Virus record (IMG/VR): IMGVR_UViG_3300044641_008909
DNA length: 64,000 nt
From: an uncultured virus (IMG/VR IMGVR_UViG_3300044641_008909)
Taxonomy: Duplodnaviria; Heunggongvirae; Uroviricota; Caudoviricetes
Reading direction: 5' to 3' (one strand)
Within the stretch, counting starts at the first letter, position 1. Each line of letters starts with the position of its first letter. Below are positions 50,321 to 59,040 of this stretch, in pieces. The notes below the pieces were generated by a model. The model saw nothing but the letters and a program-made list of their open reading frames with translations. It searched no databases and was not told the DNA's origin. A program made the position numbers and the translations under genes.

Positions 50321-51400
50321 CTATTCCTGTGCTTGGTTGATGACATCCATACCGAACTTAACCAGAATGTCTTTATCAAGACTTGTTTCAGACATTTCTA
50401 CAAATTTTTGAACCATTTTGTCTGACTGGCATAATATTTCTTTAGCTAAAATTATTTGTTCCTTTTCGTTGCTATCATCTTTAGCTGTTGTGTTCTTTTT
50501 AATCTTTACAAAAGAAATTCCTTTTTCTTCAAGGCACTTAACTTTATCGCTAATTTCTTTTTTATCGACGTTATCAACAAGAACAGAAACATAAGAGTTT
50601 TTTAAAACTCTTGGATCTATTTTTTGTAAATTTTCAAATGTATCTTCAAAATGTTGAGGACTAAAATTGTTTGAAACATAGGTACTTATGCAATCTTCAC
50701 CATCAAATTCTAGTATGATAATATTTTTTACTTCTTCCATTTCACCAAAAGATAACTGTAAAGGACTTCCAATATATTCAACATTTGAATCAATCATTTG
50801 AGCATTATGATAATGACCAAGATAAACATGTTTATAATCACGAAATATATTAGCGTTTACTTTTACCATTTCTCCATCATGTTCTATTTCAACATCAGCA
50901 ATTGATCCTTTAGAATTAAGTCGTGCTCCATCAATTGCCAAATGTCCTAAAAGATATGAGTTTTTAGGATCATATTGAGACAAATAATCTAAATCATCTG
51001 TTGGATTGTGTGTAAAAGGTATAAAATGCCAGCTTATATCGTCAATCATAATCCTCTTAGGACTACTGATTATGTGAACATTTGGCAATCCAGATATTGC
51101 TGTAACAGAGCTAATAGTTGTTTTCTCAAAATACAAAAGATCATGGTTGCCTAGAAGTATATAAAAGTTAATTGAACCATCAAGATATTTTTTAAGAATA
51201 TTAAATGTTTTGTGCAAAACTAAAGATTCAATTTTTGACCTGTCGTGGAAAAAATCTCCACCGAATAAAATATTTTTTATATTATTTTTTTTAGCTGTTT
51301 CAAAAACCCATATAAGGGCATCAAGACAATCATCAAGTCTTTTTTCGCTTTTTTTATGTGGATGAATGTGTGCATCAGAAAACAAAAGAATCTTAGTCAT
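50321..51400 (-). CDS. Recombination nuclease subunit (gp47/SbcD/Mre11)
   Basis: SDAH, GGDFFH, GNHD, GHYH, YIGSP. Confidence 0.95.
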   Translation of the reverse strand: MTKILLFSDAHIHPHKKSEKRLDDCLDALIWVFETAKKNNIKNILFGGDFFHDRSKIESLVLHKTFNILKKYLDGSINFYILLGNHDLLYFEKTTISSVTAISGLPNVHIISSPKRIMIDDISWHFIPFTHNPTDDLDYLSQYDPKNSYLLGHLAIDGARLNSKGSIADVEIEHDGEMVKVNANIFRDYKHVYLGHYHNAQMIDSNVEYIGSPLQLSFGEMEEVKNIIILEFDGEDCISTYVSNNFSPQHFEDTFENLQKIDPRVLKNSYVSVLVDNVDKKEISDKVKCLEEKGISFVKIKKNTTAKDDSNEKEQIILAKEILCQSDKMVQKFVEMSETSLDKDILVKFGMDVINQAQE

Positions 51401-51431
51401 AGATTGCTCCTGACTAAGATTCTACACAATA

Positions 51432-51800
51432 TCAGGTATACTTGTCCAGAGGATCTTTGTCTTCTTTAGGATCTTTCTTATCACGGAAAAACTTTTCCAA
51501 AAGATCCCAAGCATTTAATTTCTTAATATCTGTTATAGGAGTTGTTCCGCCACCTGCCGCACCACCAATTGCACCGCCTAAATCTGATCCGGGAGGAGGT
51601 GCTCCACCACCCATTCCTCCTCCTCCTAAGCCTCCTAGATCTCCACCAAGACTACCACCAAGACCGCCTGCATCGCCACCGGGAGGAGGAGCGCCACCAG
51701 CAGCAGGAGGTGCGCCACCGGCAGGAGGCGCTGCGCCAGCAGGAGGAGCATCAGCTTCTGTTAAAAATATTTTATGTTTGAATTCATGAATTGTGATCAT
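51432..51800 (-). CDS. Gly/Pro-rich protein with capsid-targeting-like N-terminus
   Basis: MITIHEFKHKIFLTEA. Confidence 0.7.
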   Translation of the reverse strand: MITIHEFKHKIFLTEADAPPAGAAPPAGGAPPAAGGAPPPGGDAGGLGGSLGGDLGGLGGGGMGGGAPPPGSDLGGAIGGAAGGGTTPITDIKKLNAWDLLEKFFRDKKDPKEDKDPLDKYT

Positions 51801-51806
51801 ACTAAG

Positions 51807-51812
51807 TATATA
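51807..51812. promoter_or_regulatory. Palindromic TATATA shared by two divergent leaderless genes
   Basis: Exactly 6 nt from ATG 51800(-) and 6 nt from ATG 51819(+). Confidence 0.65.
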
Positions 51813-51818
51813 TTAGCA

Positions 51819-52289
51819 ATGAAAACATTTTGGGAATATATCAATAAATTTGAAGAAGCATCTGAGCCTCAGATTGCTGCACAGCCAACTACATCTTCTT
51901 CTCCTGTTGCTAATGCGAGCAATGTTCCTGCACCAACTATGGGTTCTGTTCCACAACCAGAAGTTCAAGGATATCATCCAAAATTAAAACCTTGGAAGGC
52001 TAAGAAATCTGAAATTGTAAGATTTTGGAAAGCATTAGCTCCAAACATTCCTTTACAACTTGAACCTATCGATAGTTTTCATAAAGGAAGCACGGTACAA
52101 GAAGATACATTAAGAATTACTGGTAGTAAAGAATTTATAACAACTGTTTTATCAAGATTGAAAGATTTTGTTATCTATGAAAATCCTGATACAAAACTTG
52201 TATTAGATTATCGTCAAAATCAAAAGAGTCTTAGACCGGGGTCAAAAAATAGTTACTTGTTTTACATCAATGTGCGGAAGCGCAAATAA
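51819..52289 (+). CDS. Capsid-targeting-peptide protein
   Basis: MKTFWEYINKFEE. Confidence 0.75.
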   Translation: MKTFWEYINKFEEASEPQIAAQPTTSSSPVANASNVPAPTMGSVPQPEVQGYHPKLKPWKAKKSEIVRFWKALAPNIPLQLEPIDSFHKGSTVQEDTLRITGSKEFITTVLSRLKDFVIYENPDTKLVLDYRQNQKSLRPGSKNSYLFYINVRKRK

Positions 52290-52458
52290 CTATTGATTTT
52301 TCTTTAATTTTAGTTACATGTATCTTTTCTAGCTTTTTTTCCATGATTTTTTGCTTCTCACCAATCTCATGCAATCTTTTCTCAAGATTTTCTACAACAC
52401 TAATCGTTTGTTCTATCATTGAGTCAATCATGGAAAATTCTCCATTCTCTAGTTTCAT
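52267..52458 (-). CDS. Small coiled-coil hypothetical protein
   Basis: 63-aa ORF. Confidence 0.5.
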   Translation of the reverse strand: MKLENGEFSMIDSMIEQTISVVENLEKRLHEIGEKQKIMEKKLEKIHVTKIKEKSIVICASAH

Positions 52459-52473
52459 TATTTATCCGTATGC

Positions 52474-52502
52474 TTGACAAATTTTATAATAATAGATATA
52501 AT
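52474..52502 (+). promoter_or_regulatory. Consensus sigma70 promoter
   Basis: TTGACA-17-TATAAT upstream of helicase. Confidence 0.8.
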
Positions 52503-52528
52503 TAGTTCAACAGAAAGAAGAGGCGGAC

Positions 52529-53947
52529 ATGGCAGTGAAATTAATAATCAACAATGATTTTTCACAACTCCAAACAGACAACCAAGATGTGCATAAATAT
52601 TTATGTGAAAATTTAAGATTTAGACAGAAAGGTTATCAGTTTACACCTCTTTACAAATCAAGAAAATGGGATGGATACGTTAATTTCTTTTCTGCCAAAA
52701 CAGGAAAATTCCTTACTGGAATATTACCAGAAGTATATCTTGTTTCCAAAAGAATAGATGGGCAGATAGAAATAGAAGATAACAGAAATCAAATTAATTT
52801 TGATTATCAATCGATTGATAAAGATTTTTTACAAAGATTTAATCAAGATAAAAAAAATAAAATAGAACTTACTGATTATCAAGTTGATTTTGTAAATCAA
52901 TGTCTTAAACACAAGCGTGGAGTCGTTTGCGCTCCAACTGGTGCTGGTAAAACATTTTTAATGGCTGCATTGCTTAAAGCAATAGGTGAAGGTGTACCAA
53001 CATTGGTCTTGCAAAATAGAAAAACCTTAGCAGCTCAAAACTATGATGAAATTTCTCGTTGGGGATTTAAAAAAATAGGTTCGTGTTGGAGTGGCAAAGA
53101 TAAAAGCAGCATGATTACTGTTGCAACAGCACAAAGTATTCATCATATAGAAGACAAGTTAGATGATATCAAAGTTTTAATTGTTGATGAAGTTCATGAT
53201 ATGGTTAGTGATAGCACTAAAGATATATACAAAAAACTAAAAAATACTGTAATTAGGATTGGATTATCTGCAACACCATTTAAGAATGGTGGCAAAGATA
53301 TGGTTCATAAATATTTAGTAAAAGGATATTTTGGACCTCTTCTTAAGACTACCACAACCGATACTGGTAAAATAACAACAGCAAACCTACAAAAAGAAGG
53401 AAAGCTTTCTCAGGCAAAATGTATTTTTCATACAATTTCAGAACCAGAAATTCCATTAGCAATTTATAGTGAAGCAGTAGATCATGGTATTGTCACTAAT
53501 CAGACTTTACATAAAAAAGTAGTTGATATAGTAACAAGTCTGCAAGGTAGAACTTTGATTTTAGTTGACAGAATATCTCATGGAGATCAATTAAAAGCAT
53601 TTATCCCAACTGCTTATTGGATTACTGGTAAAGATGATGCTGATACACGAAGACAAGTTATAGATATGTTAAAAAATAGCAAGACAAGTTGTGTTGCTAT
53701 AGCAACACAACAGATTATGAATACTGGTATCAACGTAATGTTGCATAATTTAATAAATTGTGCAGGAGGACAAGCAGAACATTTAATCATTCAAAGATTT
53801 GGTCGTGGTCTTAGATTGGCAAATGATAAAGAACATGTGACATATTATGACTTCTATTTCACAAATAATCCTTATCTGAAAAAACATTCAGAAAGCAGAA
53901 TCAAAACCCTTGAAAAAGAAGGACATATTATTGAATTTGTTGATTAG
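52529..53947 (+). CDS. uvsW: SF2 DNA helicase (UvsW-like)
   Basis: WDGY..F, APTGAGKT, DEVH, SAT, QRFGRGLR. Confidence 0.9.
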   Translation: MAVKLIINNDFSQLQTDNQDVHKYLCENLRFRQKGYQFTPLYKSRKWDGYVNFFSAKTGKFLTGILPEVYLVSKRIDGQIEIEDNRNQINFDYQSIDKDFLQRFNQDKKNKIELTDYQVDFVNQCLKHKRGVVCAPTGAGKTFLMAALLKAIGEGVPTLVLQNRKTLAAQNYDEISRWGFKKIGSCWSGKDKSSMITVATAQSIHHIEDKLDDIKVLIVDEVHDMVSDSTKDIYKKLKNTVIRIGLSATPFKNGGKDMVHKYLVKGYFGPLLKTTTTDTGKITTANLQKEGKLSQAKCIFHTISEPEIPLAIYSEAVDHGIVTNQTLHKKVVDIVTSLQGRTLILVDRISHGDQLKAFIPTAYWITGKDDADTRRQVIDMLKNSKTSCVAIATQQIMNTGINVMLHNLINCAGGQAEHLIIQRFGRGLRLANDKEHVTYYDFYFTNNPYLKKHSESRIKTLEKEGHIIEFVD

Positions 53948-54212
53948 ATTTTGAATATAAAGCATTGAAAAAATCCAATAATTTTGATGACTTCTTATTA
54001 ATTATTGATTCTATATTGCTTTTATCAGCAGCAGACATCTTTTCGTATTTGCTCCAAGATTTCAATCGGTCTTTTAATTTTTCTTTATCAAATTCATTAA
54101 TATTGGCATAAAAGCCTTTGTCTTTATCTATGTTTAGCTGAAACTGATCAATGAAAGCATCTTTTTCGCTATCTTCTTCTACGTTTTCCATGAATTGAAT
54201 GAATGTAATCAT
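53928..54212 (-). CDS. Small capsid-targeting-peptide protein
   Basis: MITFIQFMENVEE; TATATA 5 nt upstream. Confidence 0.7.
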   Translation of the reverse strand: MITFIQFMENVEEDSEKDAFIDQFQLNIDKDKGFYANINEFDKEKLKDRLKSWSKYEKMSAADKSNIESIINKKSSKLLDFFNALYSKSNQQIQ

Positions 54213-54250
54213 GTTACTATATATGTTTAGAATACAAATAATGAGGCGAT

Positions 54251-55060
54251 ATGAAATTTAATGAGTGGGCTGGTAAAACTCCTGATGTTGTCTTTGGTTT
54301 TGACAAAGGTATATCTCAAACTAAAGAATTGAGATATAATGAAGAACCGCTTGAAGGCTTGGCAATAGAAACATGTTTAGATGAAATTATAAATCTTGGT
54401 CCAATTGGAACTAAAGATCCAGTAAAAGATTTTGGAAGCTTAGTTACCTATGGAGATTCTTCTCAAGTAGGTGCTATTCAAATTAAATTTAGTCCTCTTG
54501 GTTCTTGTAGAGCAACAATTTGTCGAAAAATAAAAGACTTAGAAGGTGAACCTGTTTGGATAACAAGGTATTCAGTACCAGTTGTAAATGATTATGAACA
54601 TTTAAACTCTGAAGATATTGCTGTAGAGAAAATGCTTGCAGTTAGATTACATGAGCTTGCTGAATATCTTGATAAGACAAACTTAGAATCACCTAAAGCT
54701 GAATTCAAAAATTTTCTAGAACTTGTTGTAATGATTGCAGCAAACATGAAATTGAAGCATCCAGATGTTATGGTTTATGAAGGAACATTGAGACAGGATG
54801 ATAACACATATATAGTTTATTTTTCTTATACAGGATTTGGTCTTGAAGCTCCCAGTCAAAGAAAAGTGAATCAATTTAATGTTTATTTAGTATTTTTGCC
54901 AAAATTAGGTTTGATAAGATGTTGGGGAGCAGAGCATTCATCTCAGCATCTTGGATATGACTATGAAGCCCAATCACCTGAATGGAATGAATATTTCACT
55001 CCTGATCAAAACAAAAGTGAAATTGTAACTATTCTTGAAAATATATTCAAGACTTATTGA
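54251..55060 (+). CDS. Hypothetical protein
   Basis: MKFNEW start; GAGG SD. Confidence 0.75.
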   Translation: MKFNEWAGKTPDVVFGFDKGISQTKELRYNEEPLEGLAIETCLDEIINLGPIGTKDPVKDFGSLVTYGDSSQVGAIQIKFSPLGSCRATICRKIKDLEGEPVWITRYSVPVVNDYEHLNSEDIAVEKMLAVRLHELAEYLDKTNLESPKAEFKNFLELVVMIAANMKLKHPDVMVYEGTLRQDDNTYIVYFSYTGFGLEAPSQRKVNQFNVYLVFLPKLGLIRCWGAEHSSQHLGYDYEAQSPEWNEYFTPDQNKSEIVTILENIFKTY

Positions 55061-55079
55061 TCAAGCATAAATAATCATT

Positions 55080-56522
55080 ATGATGTTTAAAGAATGGTTA
55101 TTGTTAGAAGCAATAAATGATATTAGAAATATGTATAAAAGTCTTCTTGATTTCCTTCGTGAAAGTCAAGAAGACTTGTATGTTAATTTTTCAGACAGAC
55201 CAAGAATTAACATGAAATTATCATTGAGACCATCTCACCATGACCCAATTGGAATTTATGCTTTCACAAAAAGGTATATGCTTCAAGAAAACCGTACAAA
55301 TGAAGGTTTTTGGAGTATGCCTTACATTTATGTTTTTAAATTATCAGAAAAAGCCAAAGTTCTTAATCTTTCAAAGATATCAATTGATGAAGCAAAAGAA
55401 TTGTTAGAAAAGATGGGAATATCTGATTATACTGATAAGCCATATTGGCGAAGCTTGCATGGTAAAAAAGGCGGACATTTGTTATGGTATACAATGGAAA
55501 AATATATTGCGACAAACGAATTAAGTAGAAATGTTACTTGGAATAAATTGTTTGCAATGGCTGGTAATTTCGATGCAATACTTGATGAAGGCGATAGTAT
55601 AATTCATTCGAATGAACCAGAACAAATCTGTGTTATTAATCCAAGTGTCATTAATGTTGTTAAAACAGTTGAATCTCCAATGGCAGAATATTCAAAAATA
55701 ATTTGGCGTAAAATGTATGATATTGCCAATTCTGTTGGGATGAAATATTTTAATAAATATTCTATACAAAGCAAAAAAACTGGTACGACAGAAACAGCAA
55801 GAGGATATAATTTCAAAAAAACATCAGATTTTGGAGCTACAAATAATTTTTCAATATATACAATATCAGAAGATCCAAAAGCAAGATATGTTTTTTCAAT
55901 AGGATATCATCTTGGAGACGGCAATATAAGTTGTTATGTAGACATGCCTGATAAAAAATATGTTAATGTGTATTCAAATCGTTTTGATCGACATGGTTAT
56001 GGAAAAGATTATGCATTAATTAATATGGATGATTGGGAAATTGCAAAGAAAGAAATTCATGAAAAGTTAGAAACAATAATTAAATTATCTAATACAGATC
56101 CCTTGGAACCATCTGTTGAATTACTAAATAAAATAATTAAAATTATGGGATTACCTAATGCAAAAATCACAATAACTTCAAGACCATCTTTTTGTGCTGC
56201 GTCTACAACTCAAATTAATATAAATAGATCTGAAATTAGAGGAAATTTGAAAATTAGCATTTGTCCAGATTTAATAAAGAATAGCACAACAATTTATTTG
56301 GTTGGAAAAGTTTCAGAATTTCTCAGATTAAGACCTTCAACACTTACACTTAGCAATATTACTGTGAATCAATTACCAGAAGAAATTGATTCACAGCAAA
56401 TTGTAAATCAAATGAAAGAAAAAATAAACGAACAAATTGCTAATATAGAAAAACATGAAGCGAGTTATATGTACACAAATATTAAGCGTTACTTAATAAA
56501 GATATTAGAAAATTATTTTTAG
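55080..56522 (+). CDS. Capsid-targeting-peptide protein with ART-like domain
   Basis: MMFKEWLLLE 6 nt after TAAATA; P.GIYAF..YIYVF..KVLNL..FDAILDEG..IIH.NEP.Q..VINP..I. Confidence 0.55.
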   Translation: MMFKEWLLLEAINDIRNMYKSLLDFLRESQEDLYVNFSDRPRINMKLSLRPSHHDPIGIYAFTKRYMLQENRTNEGFWSMPYIYVFKLSEKAKVLNLSKISIDEAKELLEKMGISDYTDKPYWRSLHGKKGGHLLWYTMEKYIATNELSRNVTWNKLFAMAGNFDAILDEGDSIIHSNEPEQICVINPSVINVVKTVESPMAEYSKIIWRKMYDIANSVGMKYFNKYSIQSKKTGTTETARGYNFKKTSDFGATNNFSIYTISEDPKARYVFSIGYHLGDGNISCYVDMPDKKYVNVYSNRFDRHGYGKDYALINMDDWEIAKKEIHEKLETIIKLSNTDPLEPSVELLNKIIKIMGLPNAKITITSRPSFCAASTTQININRSEIRGNLKISICPDLIKNSTTIYLVGKVSEFLRLRPSTLTLSNITVNQLPEEIDSQQIVNQMKEKINEQIANIEKHEASYMYTNIKRYLIKILENYF

Positions 56523-56535
56523 CATTTAAAAAATA

Positions 56536-56862
56536 TTATTCAATTTCTAAAAATTTAATATAACATTCTCCGTAGACTTCAATTTCTCCAACAATTTGTT
56601 GAAATTCTTTTTGAGTGTCTTTAATAAAATCTAATTCTCGAATGACTCTTTTAGTTTCACTTTTACAAAATTTAATAGCAGCCTTTAAACCATCATTTTT
56701 AAGCACTTGCATAACTTCACGATATGGCTTATCTTTTATTGCAAAGTGATAATATGAGAGTATAGCATCCCCGCCTTTTGCTTTAGCATCAGCAGCATTG
56801 TTTTGTGCTCCTTTACGTCTATTCTTTAAAAACTCTAAAGGATCTTCAGATTGTTGTTTCAT
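56536..56862 (-). CDS. Hypothetical late protein
   Basis: TATATA 5 nt before ATG. Confidence 0.7.
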   Translation of the reverse strand: MKQQSEDPLEFLKNRRKGAQNNAADAKAKGGDAILSYYHFAIKDKPYREVMQVLKNDGLKAAIKFCKSETKRVIRELDFIKDTQKEFQQIVGEIEVYGECYIKFLEIE

Positions 56863-56901
56863 AATTTTATATATGTATCATAAATAATTTAGAGGTACAA
56901 C

Positions 56902-57855
56902 ATGACAAATTTTTCAGCATTTGTTCTTAAAAGAGATAACGAAATTTTAGAAGAGTTCAATCGTCTTTTGGATAAAAATTATAAACTAGATCAAATTATT
57001 GAACATTTTAACAGAAAAGGAATCATGCTTAATGAAAGCATTCTTGGCAGCATTGGCAGTACTGCCAAGGGATTAGTTGCAGGATTGGGTCATGTTGGTG
57101 AGCAAAATATTAAAGGAATTTTAAATATCATTAGTGGAGCTGCTAAAGGTTCTGCTGGTGGAGCTTTTGGATTAACAAGAGCAGGATTAGGAGCAATCGA
57201 AACTGGCGTTGGTCTTCCAATAGGAGCAATAAGTAACGATTGGGCTTTGATAGATATGGGTTCAAGTGAAGTTAAAAAGGGATTGTATTCTGCTAGTAGT
57301 TCTTTATTAAGTGGTTTAAGTCAAATAGGAAAAGGTGCTGGTCAGATTGTAGCATCTCCAGTAACTGGTGCTATAAGAATGTTTCAAGCTGCTCGTCAGC
57401 CCGGATTTGGCAAACAACCGGGAAGTGAGTTGTCTCAATATTTTGGATTAGGAAGAAAGTCAAGACCCGGAGATATGGAAGAAGAATCTCCAGAAGAAAC
57501 AGAATCACCAATACCTGAAAGAGGCAGTCACAAAAAAGATCCAATTATTAGTAATGGCGTTGAAGCTTTAAGAGTTTTATTATCACAAGAAGAATTTGGA
57601 AATAATGCTTTAATATTATCTTACATTCCACCAGAAGATGGCGATAGGATATACTCATTCAGAGTAAATGAATTGATTGAAAAGATAAAAGAAATGGTAG
57701 ATAAAATTAATTCCATGGAAGGATCAAATAAAAAAGAACAAAAAAATAAGTATAAAAACTTAAAACCAGCTGTAGAACAGATGTTGAAACGTATTATAAA
57801 TACTTATGGAAGAGATTATTCATTGTATTTTAGGGAACACAGTTCTCAAATATAA
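56902..57855 (+). CDS. Gly-zipper-rich protein with capsid-targeting-like N-terminus
   Basis: TAAATA 56881-56886; long GxxxG-rich segment. Confidence 0.7.
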   Translation: MTNFSAFVLKRDNEILEEFNRLLDKNYKLDQIIEHFNRKGIMLNESILGSIGSTAKGLVAGLGHVGEQNIKGILNIISGAAKGSAGGAFGLTRAGLGAIETGVGLPIGAISNDWALIDMGSSEVKKGLYSASSSLLSGLSQIGKGAGQIVASPVTGAIRMFQAARQPGFGKQPGSELSQYFGLGRKSRPGDMEEESPEETESPIPERGSHKKDPIISNGVEALRVLLSQEEFGNNALILSYIPPEDGDRIYSFRVNELIEKIKEMVDKINSMEGSNKKEQKNKYKNLKPAVEQMLKRIINTYGRDYSLYFREHSSQI

Positions 57856-58534
57856 ATTTTTCTTGATATAATTTATTGATTTCTTCAGTGTTAAAATCTT
57901 TAAATTTATCACATTCACTGATGTTATAAATTTCATCACGAATTTCTTCTGGTAATTTTTTCACCCAATTGCTGCAAAAACACCAAATGGGATCTAGTTC
58001 TCTACATCTTACTTGAAGCAAGATTCTTTTTATATTTTTCACAAAAGTTTCATAATCTAAGTTATCACCAAGAGTTCTTTTGAGTGATTCTAATGATTTA
58101 TTAAGTCCTACGTTTATGCTAGACTGATCTAATGTTTTATCATTAGCTTTCAGAACCATTCTTTTTTCTTCAATTTTTTTACTCCAAACATAAAAACGGT
58201 TCATTGCTTTTATGCCATGTAACATTCCGGGATAAATGTATGGATTGTTTTTTTCAAGTATTTTAGCTATTTCAAATTGAGCTTTTATAAAAAGAAAATA
58301 GTTAGAAGATGTTTCAAATTCAGCTCTTCTATCTTTGACGAGTTTAAGCAAATGTTTGAAAACTGCTTGTTTTTTAACTGGCTTTAAGTCGTTAAATGGC
58401 GTGTGTTTATAGTCAGGAAAATAAAATCTCTCACAATTTAGGTAGTAGATTGTGAGATGGTATGCAAAAAGCATATCTGGTTCGCCAGATAGCTTGAACA
58501 TTTGCTCGTTGGATGCTTTGTAAAATTCTCGCAT
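57830..58534 (-). CDS. Hypothetical protein
   Basis: 234-aa ORF, AGGA SD. Confidence 0.7.
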   Translation of the reverse strand: MREFYKASNEQMFKLSGEPDMLFAYHLTIYYLNCERFYFPDYKHTPFNDLKPVKKQAVFKHLLKLVKDRRAEFETSSNYFLFIKAQFEIAKILEKNNPYIYPGMLHGIKAMNRFYVWSKKIEEKRMVLKANDKTLDQSSINVGLNKSLESLKRTLGDNLDYETFVKNIKRILLQVRCRELDPIWCFCSNWVKKLPEEIRDEIYNISECDKFKDFNTEEINKLYQEKFIFENCVP

Positions 58535-58759
58535 GTCTGAATCCTAACTGACGTTTCTGAGAAGTCAAATAGATTTTCTGGCATACCAAAACAGTTCTGG
58601 GCTGGAAATAAGAAAACCATGTTTAAATCTAATCTTTTGGGTCTAGGAGCGTTCAATATTTGAAAATTGCATTCTGACTCATCTAAATGAGATCGTGGCT
58701 TTAAGAGGCTTTTTTGTAAAGATTATGATTTACATAATTTTTTTTATTTTTCTGTTTGA

Positions 58760-58775
58760 TTGGCACGGTATTTGT
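58760..58775 (+). promoter_or_regulatory. Sigma54-like -24/-12 motif (imperfect)
   Basis: TTGGCACGGTATTTGT; GT instead of GC at -12. Confidence 0.45.
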
Positions 58776-58844
58776 TTCGTGCGTGTGCGTGTGCGCCTGC
58801 GTTTAAGTATTTAATTATATTATGTATTTGTAAGTAAGTTAATT

Positions 58845-58935
58845 TAGCAGTAGTATTTTATTACTCTGAGCGTAGCGAAGAGTAATAAATATACTACTGC
58901 TATAGAGTAGAATTACGAAGTAATTCTACTCTATA
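58845..58935. repeat. Two abutting long inverted repeats
   Basis: 23-bp stem with one bulge (58845-58902) and perfect 16-bp stem with GAA loop (58901-58935). Confidence 0.92.
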
Positions 58936-58969
58936 TTAATTTAACTTAAATATATTAATTTAACTTTAG

Positions 58970-58987
58970 TTGCAAAAATCATGCCAA
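58970..58987 (-). promoter_or_regulatory. Sigma54 -24/-12 motif
   Basis: TTGGCATGATTTTTGCAA on minus strand, correct GG-N10-GC spacing. Confidence 0.6.
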
Positions 58988-59040
58988 AAAAAATGATTTA
59001 ACAATTTGCTTTTTGAAAAATTCTGCGTAAAGTTGTTTTT

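Noticed and set aside
51442..51818. Plus-strand ORFs 51442/51542 and the 51774 start
   Set aside because: Shadows of the Gly/Pro gene; ATG 51819 fits the promoter spacing and tag
58438..58656. 72-aa minus-strand ORF
   Set aside because: TTG start, overlaps 57830..58534 out of frame, no recognisable motif
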